Source of the DNA: Polyangiaceae bacterium
GTDB taxonomy: Bacteria; Myxococcota_A; Polyangia; Polyangiales; Polyangiaceae
NCBI GenBank assembly: GCA_033763455.1
Contig: JANRKO010000064.1
Location: forward strand, 1-64,000
Direction of reading: 5' to 3'
Length of the DNA stretch: 64,000 nt
Shown here: piece after piece, positions 26,699 to 36,334 of the stretch
Numbering within the stretch: the first letter of the stretch is position 1
How the letters are laid out: each line of letters starts with the position of its first letter
Program-made: the position numbers and the translations under genes
Notes under the pieces: generated by a model
Told to the model about the DNA's origin: nothing
Seen by the model: the letters and a program-made list of their open reading frames with translations, nothing else
Database searches by the model: none

Positions 26699-27868
26699 AT
26701 GCGACATTTCCGTCTCCTTTCCGCGCTTCTGCTCTGCTCCTGTAGCAACTCGGCCACCGGCGCAAGCCCCGCATCCGGCGGCGCACCGAGCAACTCTGGC
26801 GGTGCACCTGGAGCGGCAAGCGGCGGGAGAATTTCCAACACCGGGGGCTCGGCATCCGGCGGAGCTTCCACGCTCGGCGGTGGTGGCTCGCTGCCGAGCA
26901 GCGGGGGTTCAAGCTCTGCAGCGGGTGGCTCTGCAGCGGGTGGCTCTGCAACGGGCGGGTCTGCAACGGGCGGGTCTGCAACGGGTGGGTCGGCTGCGGG
27001 CGGCTCTGGCACGATCTGCCCAAACGGTCCATTTCCCCAAAGTCCGTTGCCTAGCGCTCAGCCAACAGCCCAGCCCGTGTGTCAAAACCTAACCTTCACC
27101 GAGGGGCCAGTATGGCTTTCGGCTGAGCAAGCTTTGTTCTTTTCGGACTTCCAAGCCGGGAATTCGGCCGAGAATTTTACGGGGAACATTCTCAGATTTG
27201 CGCCCGGTGGCGTTTGTGAGGCGCATGTGATGGCGGTGGGCACCAACGGGCTCGCCACTACAGCTGGGGGGGAGATTCTGGGCGCTTCGCATCTGATTCA
27301 AGACATCGTGAGCATCAACCCTACCTCCACACAGAGCACTTCACTCAATCTCACGTATCAAGGCAAACACTTTAGCTCGCCGAATGATCTCGCCGTTCAC
27401 ACAAACGGGACGATCTACTTTAGCGATCCTGCGTGGCAGGTGGGGAACCGCAACCAAGACTTGCCACAAGCTGCGTACCGCCGTGACCCCGCGGGAAACA
27501 TCACCGTCATCGAGGAACTCAGCCGACCCAATGGCGTCACCCTCTCGCCCGATCAATCCCGGCTTTACGTATCCATCCCCAACGCCATCCGCGTCTACGA
27601 CCTGGATGCCGCCGGTGTTCCCTCAAATGCCCGCGATTTTACGAGCGAAACGGGTTCCGATGGCATGACGGTAGACTGTGCCGGCAACCTCTACGTAACC
27701 GCAGGCAACGTGGCCGTCTACAGGCCAAACGGCGAGTTTTTAGGAAGCATTAACTCAAATAATTCCACCAATGTGGCCTTCGGTGGCGCTGATCGAAAAA
27801 CCCTGTTTATCACTGGGGGTACACGCCTCACTTCGATCGATCTCAACATCCCCGGGTTTCCCTACTAA
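26699..27868 (+). CDS. SMP-30/gluconolactonase family lipoprotein with Gly/Ser linker
   Basis: FTEGPVW, SPNDL, PNGVTLSPD, SDGMTVDCAGNLYV, TNVAFGGAD; signal MRHFRLLSALLLCS-C. Confidence 0.9.
   Translation: MRHFRLLSALLLCSCSNSATGASPASGGAPSNSGGAPGAASGGRISNTGGSASGGASTLGGGGSLPSSGGSSSAAGGSAAGGSATGGSATGGSATGGSAAGGSGTICPNGPFPQSPLPSAQPTAQPVCQNLTFTEGPVWLSAEQALFFSDFQAGNSAENFTGNILRFAPGGVCEAHVMAVGTNGLATTAGGEILGASHLIQDIVSINPTSTQSTSLNLTYQGKHFSSPNDLAVHTNGTIYFSDPAWQVGNRNQDLPQAAYRRDPAGNITVIEELSRPNGVTLSPDQSRLYVSIPNAIRVYDLDAAGVPSNARDFTSETGSDGMTVDCAGNLYVTAGNVAVYRPNGEFLGSINSNNSTNVAFGGADRKTLFITGGTRLTSIDLNIPGFPY
26914..27010. repeat. 15-bp coding tandem repeat (GGSAA/GGSAT, ~6 copies)
   Basis: GGGTGGCTCTGCAGC / GGGCGGGTCTGCAAC units in tandem. 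Confidence 0.8.
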
Positions 27869-27869
27869 G

Positions 27870-28979
27870 GTGAGCGCGTTCGCAGTAGCCAAACCGAACG
27901 CTGTCAGCCTGCAGCATTGGCTTTTCGAGTTCTTGCTCACGGGTGGCTCAACGCCGCTTTTGGCTGGTCTACTTTTCTGCCTTCGGGAAACGCTCGGATT
28001 GGATAGCGCGGAGCTTGCCGTTGGGTTTCTGATGTTTCACGCCGCCCATGTGATCAACGATCCGCACTTCTCGGTGACCTACCTGCTGTTCTACCGGAAC
28101 GTACGGGATAGATTGGGCAACAAAGCACCAAAGTGGCAACGCTTTCGCTATGTTTTTGCGGGCTATGTGGTGCCAACCGTGCTGTGCGCTTGGGCAGCAA
28201 GCGCGCTCCTCACAGGCTCCGCGAAGTCCCTTGGCTGGATGATCCAGGGAATGTTCTTCCTCGTTGGGTGGCACTACGTGAAGCAGGGCTTTGGGGTTCT
28301 CTCTGTACTCTCCCTTCGCCGAGGGGTTCACTTCACCCTCTTCGAACGGCGAGCTGTGCTTAGCCACTGCATCTTGGGTTGGCTCTATGCGCGCGCACGC
28401 AACTTCGATCCGGGCAGAGAATCGGAGGAGAAGGGCGTTGTCTACACGTCCTTCGCGCACCCCACATGGCTTTACGGGTTAACTCTAGCTGGTTTCGCGC
28501 TGAGCACTTGTTGGCTGCTCTTGGTGTTGGGGCGAAAGTGGAAACGCGAGCAACGTTTGCCTTGGGCACCGCTCACGGGGTTCTTGATCACCGTTTGGGT
28601 TTGGGTTGTATTTTCCAACGTTGACCCGTTGCTCATTTACGTGATCCCGGCGCTGCATTCGCTCCAATACCTCTACTTTGTGTACCTATTGCGCTCGAAT
28701 CAGGCGCGGGAGGAGCACGGAGCCCCGCTTTTTCGGAGCTCTCCCAAAGAGCGCTTGTTCCGGCTAGCGCTGCTCGCGCTGGGCCTCGGCTGGCTGCTGT
28801 TTCATGGGTTGCCGGGCCTGTTGGATGCTGCACTCGTAACCAAAAACGACGCCCAGCTGCCCCTCGGCGCTACGCCCTATTTCGCGGCGCTCTTCACCAT
28901 CGTAAATCTGCACCACTACTTCATGGACAGCGTGATCTGGCGCCGGGACAACCCAGAGACGCGTTACCTTACCCTCTAG
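27870..28979 (+). CDS. Uncharacterised multi-pass membrane protein with His motifs
   Basis: About 9-10 TM segments; HVINDPHF, GWHYVKQGFG, HSLQY and HHYFMDSVIW; GTG start 1 bp after the upstream stop. Confidence 0.7.
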   Translation: MSAFAVAKPNAVSLQHWLFEFLLTGGSTPLLAGLLFCLRETLGLDSAELAVGFLMFHAAHVINDPHFSVTYLLFYRNVRDRLGNKAPKWQRFRYVFAGYVVPTVLCAWAASALLTGSAKSLGWMIQGMFFLVGWHYVKQGFGVLSVLSLRRGVHFTLFERRAVLSHCILGWLYARARNFDPGRESEEKGVVYTSFAHPTWLYGLTLAGFALSTCWLLLVLGRKWKREQRLPWAPLTGFLITVWVWVVFSNVDPLLIYVIPALHSLQYLYFVYLLRSNQAREEHGAPLFRSSPKERLFRLALLALGLGWLLFHGLPGLLDAALVTKNDAQLPLGATPYFAALFTIVNLHHYFMDSVIWRRDNPETRYLTL

Positions 28980-29066
28980 AGGCGTCGGCGGGACAACCCG
29001 TTCCCTCACCCTCTAAAGGCGTCGGCAGGACAACCCGTTCCCTCACCCTCTAAAGGCGTCGGCGGG
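28971..29066. repeat. 37-bp tandem repeat (~2.6 copies) between convergent genes
   Basis: ACCCTCTA(G/A)AGGCGTCGGC(G/A)GGACAACCCGTTCCCTC starting at 28971, 29008 and 29045, with no spacers. Confidence 0.92.
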
Positions 29067-30659
29067 TCGCAAGCGAGCGGCATATACCGCAGGCCAGAGC
29101 GTTGCCATCACACACACTAAAATCGCAAAAACGCTCACCATTGCAAAATCCCAAGGTTCAATTTGCACGGGGAGCTTGGAGATAAAGTAAACCTTAGGGT
29201 CGAGCGGGAAGCCGTAGATCAGTAGGCCGCGACACACAAAGAACCCCGCGCTGATACCGATAGCCGTGCCAATCACGCCGATAATGGCGCCCTGATACAA
29301 AAAGCCCCGAAGCAGCATGCTGTTGGAAGCGCCCATGGCCTTCAGCACGGCTATTTCCTTCTTCTTATCCAGCACCACCATGATGAGCGTGGCAATCACA
29401 GTGAAAGCCGCCACTACGATAATGAGCGCTAGCACCAAGCTCATCAGAATTTGCTGGATCCGGAGCGCGGTGAAAAGGCCGTGGTTGAGCTCTTCCCAAT
29501 CCATGGTGTGGTAGATGCCGTTGGCAAGCTTGGCATCTATCAGCTGCGCCACATCTTTGGCGTGGTCGATATCGCTCACCTTCATCTCAATCCCGGTGAC
29601 ACTGTCGCCAGTGTCGTAGAAGTTCTGCGCTTCAAACAGGTCCGTGTAGACCAGCTTCGAATCGTACTGATCGAAACCCGCATTAAATACGGCCACCACT
29701 CTGAATTGACGGGCCACCGGTGCCCGCATCGCCCCGCGCGAATAGCTGAACCCAATCGTCGGCGAAGTCACTTGAACGCAGCCGCCAACGTTGACTCCCA
29801 AATTCCTCCGAAGGGCACTTCCAATCACAATGCCCGGCATACTGGCGACCTTCTTAGGGTCCGAACACGGGTCGGTAACGAGCTCAGGCGGCAACAGATC
29901 TTCATCCGGCAGGACGCTCTCGTAGCCACCTTCGGGGACTGCACTTTCTGATCCATCGGCAGTATCTGGCAGGGAGAGTTCTTCGGTGTCTTCCGTTTTG
30001 GGCTCTTTCGCTGCCCGCTTCCCGCTCCCCGTGGAAGCAGCGGCTTCGGCAACGCCACCCCCCGCGCCGTTTTTCCCCTCATCATCTATGACGCTCTTCA
30101 GCTGATCTAAGAACGGTTGCTTCGGCTGGAGCTCATCTTTATCGCTCGTTTTTGTTGGGCTACTCAACACTTTGGAACGCCGACGTTCGGGCGGCTTGGC
30201 CCCCTCGACGCGCAACCCTTCCACCGATCCGTTGCAACCTGTAGCCGTAGGATGGAGGCATTCAACGATGTGTCGCGGCAGGTCGAGCACCTGCCCCATC
30301 AAGTTGGGATCCACACCCTTTACCAGAACGCCGGTAACCGTGCGTTGCTTGTGCGTGACCATCATCGGATTGATCACAAAGGGCGCAACGCCGGTAATCC
30401 CGGGGATCGTGCGCACCGATTTCATGACTTTTCGGTACTCACGAAAATCGCTCGAGTACTTCAGTATGAGTACGTGAGCGTTCACACCCAGCACCTTCTG
30501 CCTAAATTCGGTGCGGAAGCCTCCGGTCACGCTCATCACGGTCGCTAAGGCAGCCACCCCTAGCGCCACCCCCAAAATGGCAAACATGGTGCCCACAGAA
30601 ACGAACGCGCGCCGCCTGGAGCGCATGTAACGGAGTGCTAGTTCGAGCGAGAAACCCAT
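29043..30659 (-). CDS. lolE: LolC/LolE-family (MacB/FtsX-type) ABC permease with a large periplasmic insertion
   Basis: LALRYMRSRRR, GVALGVAAL..VMSV..GF, DWEELN..LF.AL, KKKEIAVLKAMGA, VYFISKLP. Confidence 0.85.
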   Translation of the reverse strand: MGFSLELALRYMRSRRRAFVSVGTMFAILGVALGVAALATVMSVTGGFRTEFRQKVLGVNAHVLILKYSSDFREYRKVMKSVRTIPGITGVAPFVINPMMVTHKQRTVTGVLVKGVDPNLMGQVLDLPRHIVECLHPTATGCNGSVEGLRVEGAKPPERRRSKVLSSPTKTSDKDELQPKQPFLDQLKSVIDDEGKNGAGGGVAEAAASTGSGKRAAKEPKTEDTEELSLPDTADGSESAVPEGGYESVLPDEDLLPPELVTDPCSDPKKVASMPGIVIGSALRRNLGVNVGGCVQVTSPTIGFSYSRGAMRAPVARQFRVVAVFNAGFDQYDSKLVYTDLFEAQNFYDTGDSVTGIEMKVSDIDHAKDVAQLIDAKLANGIYHTMDWEELNHGLFTALRIQQILMSLVLALIIVVAAFTVIATLIMVVLDKKKEIAVLKAMGASNSMLLRGFLYQGAIIGVIGTAIGISAGFFVCRGLLIYGFPLDPKVYFISKLPVQIEPWDFAMVSVFAILVCVMATLWPAVYAARLRPADAFRG

Positions 30660-30885
30660 GAGATCTTGGTTGTGAGTGGCGCATGCGCCCCGGCCGAGAG
30701 GGGCCCCCTATGCCGATCTGAGCCAAAGCTGAGGCCGGCTATGCAACGTTTGCATAGCGCCTGTCCACGGGCTTGGCACAGTCGCCCTTAAATCCCTGTA
30801 GAATTCGTCGCTAGGGTGCTGAGGCCCACGGGCGCGCGTTTTGCAGCGAACGGAACCCCGACTAGATCGATCCCGGAAAAGTTTC

Positions 30886-32598
30886 ATGAGCGAACCGCAA
30901 ACTCCCCCTGGCACCACTACCCCAGAGATGGGCGTAGACGGCACAAGCGCGGAGGGTGAGTGGGCGAGCGACGAGTATGAGAGCTCACCCGGACAAACCT
31001 TGCCGGCCCCAGACAAAGGCCCCGAAGGCCTCAAGCTAGTGAGCCTTGCCCCCGCAGGCTCGATACCGGACGTCGAAAATGAAGCCATCCCGCTGACGAA
31101 GCACGACCCATACATCGGCTGCATCGTGGACCAGCGTTACAAGGTTGAAAAGGTGCTGGGTGAAGGTGGCATGGGTGTCGTGTACCAATGCCGACACACG
31201 ATCATCGGCAAGCTGGTCGCCATGAAAGTACTGCGCGCCGATCTGGCGCGCGATTCGGAAGTTACCGAGCGGTTCCTGAATGAAGCGAAATCAGCTTCGG
31301 GCATTGGCAACCCACACATCATAGACATCAGCGATTTCGGTCGCCTGCCGGATGGCTCCACTTACTTCATCATGGAGTTTTTGGATGGCGTGCCTCTTTC
31401 TTCGGCATTCTCGGAAGGCCAGCCCACGCCCATTGCTCGCCTGCTCAACATTGCCCGTCAGCTCGCCGAAGGGCTGAGCGCCGCTCACAACGCCAATATC
31501 GTTCACCGCGATCTCAAGCCCGATAACATCTTCTTACTCACCCGAGGTAAGCAGAAAGATTTTGTCAAGATCTTAGATTTTGGGATTGCCAAGGTATCGA
31601 GCGCTGGCCAGGGCAAGCTCACGCGAGCTGGAACGGTTTTTGGTACTCCGCACTACATGTCGCCCGAGCAGGCCGCCGGCGCACCCGTAGATCACCGGGG
31701 GGACATCTACTCTTTCGGGGTGATTTTGTACGAGATGGCCAGCGGCAAGGTGCCGTTCGACGCCGACAACTTCATGGGGATCTTGACCCAGCACATGTAC
31801 AAGTCGCCGGTGCCAATCCGAGCGCTTGTGCCGCAACCGCAGGATGTGCCGCCAGGCCTCGAAGCCATCATTCTCAAGTGTCTCTCCAAGCGCCCCGAGC
31901 AACGCTACAATTCTATGGACGAGCTCGTGGAGGAGTTCGATCGAGTGCGCGACGGCTTGGTGCCCGAAGCCGTCCCCGAAATGATGTCCAGAAGCGGCGG
32001 CTTCAACGTCCCCGGTGACTACCTGATGACGAAGGGCGAAATGCCAGCTCCCATGCCAGCGACGCCCAGTGGACATCTCAGAAAAACGTCTGGACCCTTG
32101 TATGTTGGAATCGCCTTGGTGTGTGCAGCCATTGGTATCGTGATCGCTATGTACGCGAAGAACGGTTCAAGGGTTGCGAGCACCCCATCGGAAGCGAAAG
32201 CGTCACCGCTCCACGCGCAGCCTGCGCTCGCGATGCCTTCCTCCACCCCAGAGCCAGCTTCAGCTAACAGTTCTGAAGCCCCACCGACGCCGGCCGTTCG
32301 CCAAGTTTTGCTGGCAGTTGATCCGTTAGAGGCCCACGTTTTTGAGGGTGAACACGACCTTGGCACCAGCCCTGTGTCGATCAGCGTGACCGAGGGGCAC
32401 CCGAAGACCGTCCGCGCCGAGCGTCCAGGGTTCGCAACAAAGGAGCTTGTTTTAGACGGCTCCATCGCCAAGGCATCGCTCAAGCTGGAGCGGGTTAAAG
32501 CTGCCCGGCCCGCGCCAAAACCGGCGGCGCCCCCCGCGAAAGCGGCCAAGAAAAAGCCGAGCATTGGCGGCGGTGAAATCGTCAATCCCTGGGATTGA
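30886..32598 (+). CDS. Hanks-type Ser/Thr protein kinase with TM helix and C-terminal PEGA-like domain
   Basis: LGEGGMGVVY, VAMK, HRDLKPDN, DFG, GTPHYMSPEQ. Confidence 0.95.
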   Translation: MSEPQTPPGTTTPEMGVDGTSAEGEWASDEYESSPGQTLPAPDKGPEGLKLVSLAPAGSIPDVENEAIPLTKHDPYIGCIVDQRYKVEKVLGEGGMGVVYQCRHTIIGKLVAMKVLRADLARDSEVTERFLNEAKSASGIGNPHIIDISDFGRLPDGSTYFIMEFLDGVPLSSAFSEGQPTPIARLLNIARQLAEGLSAAHNANIVHRDLKPDNIFLLTRGKQKDFVKILDFGIAKVSSAGQGKLTRAGTVFGTPHYMSPEQAAGAPVDHRGDIYSFGVILYEMASGKVPFDADNFMGILTQHMYKSPVPIRALVPQPQDVPPGLEAIILKCLSKRPEQRYNSMDELVEEFDRVRDGLVPEAVPEMMSRSGGFNVPGDYLMTKGEMPAPMPATPSGHLRKTSGPLYVGIALVCAAIGIVIAMYAKNGSRVASTPSEAKASPLHAQPALAMPSSTPEPASANSSEAPPTPAVRQVLLAVDPLEAHVFEGEHDLGTSPVSISVTEGHPKTVRAERPGFATKELVLDGSIAKASLKLERVKAARPAPKPAAPPAKAAKKKPSIGGGEIVNPWD

Positions 32599-32651
32599 TA
32601 CCGGCCGAGCTGAGTTGCAGCGACGGCCTGTTTGCCCCTACATGTTCGGTG

Positions 32652-34067
32652 ATGAGCGCGACAGATCCACGTCGACTTGAGATGAACATTCCCGGGCCGG
32701 TGCGTGCGCTTTGCCAGCGCCTGCGGGAACGTGGTTTTCGTGGCTGGGTCGTGGGCGGGTCCGTGCGTGATGCACTACTCAGCGAGGGAACAGCCGGGGC
32801 TCGCGCAGAGAACGATTGGGACGTTGCGACTGATGCTCTCCCAGAGCAGGTACAAGCTATATTCAATCGCGTGATCCCGACGGGCATCGAGCATGGAACG
32901 GTTACCGTGCTTTTGGACGGAACGGGGTACGAAGTCACCACTCTCCGTGGCGAAACCACGTACACCGATGGGCGGCGGCCGGATTCCGTGCATTTCGTGG
33001 ATGACATCGTCGCGGATTTGGCGCGCCGAGATTTTACGATCAATGCGATAGCCTACGACCCACTCACTTCACAGTTGATCGACCCCTTCAATGGCCAAGC
33101 GGATCTCGACCAGCGCATCCTGCGAGCTGTTGGTGAACCGCTGGAGCGTTTTAACGAAGATGGGCTCCGCGTGCTTCGGGCGGCACGCTTCGTAGCAACA
33201 CTCGAAGTTGAGCTAGAGCCGAAAACGGCTCAAGCCATTTCGCTTTCTTTGGCAACTTTTCGCAAGGTAAGCGCGGAGCGCGTGCGCGACGAATGGGTAA
33301 AGGCCATGAAGGCGCGGCGCCCGAGCCGGGCCTTTGAGATCATGCGCGAACACGGGCTACTCGGCATCACAGCGCCCGAACTTCTGGATTCAGTTGGCTG
33401 CGAGCAGAACCGCTACCACGCCTTCGACGTGTGGGGGCACGCGATGGCCTGCCTCGATGCCTGCCCGCGTTCGGCAACGTTACGTATGGCGGGCCTCCTG
33501 CACGATGTGGGTAAGCCAAAAAGCCGCGGTGTGAACGAAAAAACTGGGGAATTCACGTTTTACGAACATGAGCGCATCGGAGCCGAGATGGCCGCACCCA
33601 TGCTTTCGCGACTGCGCTTTTCGAACGACGAACGCGAACGCATCGTGGCGCTGATCCGCCACCATTTGATTTGCTACGAGAGCACCTGGTCAGATGCCGC
33701 CGTCCGGCGCTGGGTTCGCCGCGTGTCGCCAGAATTGCTTGAGGATCTCTACGCCCTCGGCGCCGCTGACGCAGACGGCAAAGGCCGAGATGCGAGCGCG
33801 GACCGAGAGAACTTGCGCGAGCTTGAAGAACGGGTGAAGGCGCTTAGAGCCCAAGGGGCTGCTTTTACAACGCGTGATCTGAAGCTCGATGGGCGGGTGC
33901 TAATGAGCGCCCTTGGGCTCTCGCCCGGACCCAAGCTGGGGGAGATCCTACGCACACTTCTCGACCGGGTGGTGGACGACCCCGCGCTCAATGACCGCGA
34001 AACACTGTTGCGCTTGGCACAGGAATACCTCGGCTCACCGCCGCCGCCGCCGAGCAAGGCCGAGTAG
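32652..34067 (+). CDS. cca: Class II tRNA nucleotidyltransferase (CCA-adding) with HD domain
   Basis: GGSVRD, DWDVAT, RRDFTINA, EDGLRVLRAARF, LLHDVGK; lacks the poly(A) polymerase G[RK][RK]F signature. Start uncertain (32595-32682). Confidence 0.85.
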   Translation: MSATDPRRLEMNIPGPVRALCQRLRERGFRGWVVGGSVRDALLSEGTAGARAENDWDVATDALPEQVQAIFNRVIPTGIEHGTVTVLLDGTGYEVTTLRGETTYTDGRRPDSVHFVDDIVADLARRDFTINAIAYDPLTSQLIDPFNGQADLDQRILRAVGEPLERFNEDGLRVLRAARFVATLEVELEPKTAQAISLSLATFRKVSAERVRDEWVKAMKARRPSRAFEIMREHGLLGITAPELLDSVGCEQNRYHAFDVWGHAMACLDACPRSATLRMAGLLHDVGKPKSRGVNEKTGEFTFYEHERIGAEMAAPMLSRLRFSNDERERIVALIRHHLICYESTWSDAAVRRWVRRVSPELLEDLYALGAADADGKGRDASADRENLRELEERVKALRAQGAAFTTRDLKLDGRVLMSALGLSPGPKLGEILRTLLDRVVDDPALNDRETLLRLAQEYLGSPPPPPSKAE

Positions 34068-34261
34068 CGACGAAAGCCGTGTAGGTTTGCCACCGTCCAC
34101 TCAAGCGGTACTCATCGTTCCCCGCGATCGCGATGCGCCCTTCCTGCTGGCTTGGAATAGCCGCCCCGACCCAGTCCGCCGAGCTAGCTAAACTTTGACC
34201 AGGGCGGACCGAAGCTAGCTCCGGTGATGGGGTGCACATCAGCTGCGGCAGGTTCGAGCGA

Positions 34262-36202
34262 CTAGCTGCTCGCCGCAGGTTTCGGTGCGCCGAATATGCT
34301 CGCTGGGCGCTTCTTCTCAGTGCGGGCTTTTTGCTTGTCGCTCCAGGTGGGAATGACAACCTTTTCGCGCGCTGGCATCTCGCGGTTATCGAGAGCTGCT
34401 TGGATCTCTTCGGTATCTAGCGTTTCGCGCTCCAGGAGCGCTTCGGCCAAGCGATTCAGCTTGTCGCGATTTTCCCGAATCAGCGTTTGGGCCCGCTCGT
34501 ATTGCTGTTCGACAATTAGGCGCACCTCCTGATCGATCTCACGCGCCGTTTCCTCGGAATAATCCTCGCGGCGTGAGGCCATCTCTCGACCGAGAAACAC
34601 GCTTTCTTCGTTCTCGCCGTAAGCCACCGGCCCTAGCTTGGCGCTCATGCCGAGCTCACACACCATGGAGCGAGCCAAACGCGTAGCGCGCTTGATGTCG
34701 TCCTGAGCACCCGTAGTTGTCTCGTTGAAGGCCTCTTCTTCAGCGACGCGTCCGCCGAGCGCCATCGAGATGCGCGCCAACGTTTGTGTCTTGGTCATGA
34801 GGTGGCGATCTTCGCTCGGCAGGAACATGGTTACGCCGAGTGCGGCGCCCCTGGGGATGATGGAGACCTTGTGCACCGGGTCATTTCCGGGAGTCAGCAT
34901 ACCAACAATCGTGTGGCCTGCCTCGTGCCACGCTGCGGTGCGCCGTTCTTGATCACTCATGACCATGCTGCGGCGTTCGGTACCCATGAGCACCTTGTCT
35001 TTGGCGAGCTCAAAATCCGCCATACCAACGGCTTCTTTGTCCTGGCGAGCAGCCAAAAGCGCCGCCTCATTAACAAGATTTTCGAGATCCGCACCGACAA
35101 ACCCAGGTGTACCGGAAGCAATTACGCGCAGATCGACGTCACCGGAGAGCGGAACCTTCTTGGTGTGAACTCCCAAGATCCCTTCGCGGCCCCGGATATC
35201 TGGACGTGGCACCGTGATGCGCCGATCAAAACGACCAGGCCGCAAGATCGCAGGATCGAGGACGTCTGGACGGTTGGTGGCGGCTACGATGATCACGCCT
35301 TCGTTAGACTCGAAGCCATCCATCTCCACGAGCAGCTGGTTGAGCGTTTGTTCGCGCTCATCGTGCCCGCCGCCAAGCCCGGCACCGCGATGGCGACCCA
35401 CGGCGTCAATCTCATCAATGAAGATAATGCACGGAGCGTGCTTTTTGCCCTGCTCAAACAGATCACGTACGCGGCTCGCGCCTACGCCCACAAACATCTC
35501 AACGAAATCGGAACCTGAGATGCTGAAGAACGGCACGCCTGCCTCGCCAGCGATCGCTCGGGCAAGCAGCGTCTTTCCGGTGCCCGGAGGGCCCATCATG
35601 AGCACGCCCTTTGGGATGTGGCCGCCAAGCTTCTGAAACTTCTTGGGGTCCTTTAGAAATGCGATAATTTCTTCAACTTCGTCCTTGGCTTCATCAATGC
35701 CCGCGACGTCCGCAAACGTGATCTTATTCTGTGCTTCATTCAACAAGCGCGCGCGACTCTTTCCAAAGCTCATCGCCTTGCCGCCGCCCGACTGTAGCTG
35801 ACGCATGAAGAGATAGAAGATAACGAGAAAGAAAAGCATTGGGAGCACGACCCAGAGCCCCGCGGCGAGTGGGCTACTTTGATCGTCTACATGCGTGACC
35901 TTAAGGCCTCGCTCTTTCATCATCTGATCGAGCCAAGCCTCTTCTTGCTCGGGCGGACCAACCGTAGAAGCCTTCGAATTCCCTTTGGCTTTAGGATCTT
36001 CGACCGTGAAGAGGTAATTCCTACCTTTGATCTCGACCTGCCGAACGTGTGGCTGTTCCTTCGGCGCCGCCACCAGCGACTTAAACTCGCTGTAGTCCAC
36101 CTGAGCCCGTCGCGGATTTTCATCCGCAAGGAACTTCCAAACGGCGATAAACGCGACGACGATGACGACCCAGAACAGCAGGGTCTTTTGCGGTTGCTTC
36201 AC
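34262..36202 (-). CDS. ftsH: ATP-dependent zinc metalloprotease FtsH
   Basis: Two TM helices, [39 protein letters not shown]. Confidence 0.98.
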   Translation of the reverse strand: MKQPQKTLLFWVVIVVAFIAVWKFLADENPRRAQVDYSEFKSLVAAPKEQPHVRQVEIKGRNYLFTVEDPKAKGNSKASTVGPPEQEEAWLDQMMKERGLKVTHVDDQSSPLAAGLWVVLPMLFFLVIFYLFMRQLQSGGGKAMSFGKSRARLLNEAQNKITFADVAGIDEAKDEVEEIIAFLKDPKKFQKLGGHIPKGVLMMGPPGTGKTLLARAIAGEAGVPFFSISGSDFVEMFVGVGASRVRDLFEQGKKHAPCIIFIDEIDAVGRHRGAGLGGGHDEREQTLNQLLVEMDGFESNEGVIIVAATNRPDVLDPAILRPGRFDRRITVPRPDIRGREGILGVHTKKVPLSGDVDLRVIASGTPGFVGADLENLVNEAALLAARQDKEAVGMADFELAKDKVLMGTERRSMVMSDQERRTAAWHEAGHTIVGMLTPGNDPVHKVSIIPRGAALGVTMFLPSEDRHLMTKTQTLARISMALGGRVAEEEAFNETTTGAQDDIKRATRLARSMVCELGMSAKLGPVAYGENEESVFLGREMASRREDYSEETAREIDQEVRLIVEQQYERAQTLIRENRDKLNRLAEALLERETLDTEEIQAALDNREMPAREKVVIPTWSDKQKARTEKKRPASIFGAPKPAASS

Positions 36203-36334
36203 AGAGGAACCTCGGAAGATGAGTCGTTAAGTTGAAGGACCCCCCGAAGGGCCGGGGGGAAACCACTATAACCGGCCTTCATCAAGAAAACCGGCCTTCT
36301 GACATATGTAGGACGACCACTCGTGCCTGCCAGT

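Noticed and set aside
28971..29066. 37-bp repeat as a CRISPR array
   Set aside because: The units are contiguous with no spacers, derive from the flanking gene ends, and no cas genes are present.
30773..30790. TTGGCAC as a sigma-54 -24 element
   Set aside because: No TTGC/GC at the required -12 position.
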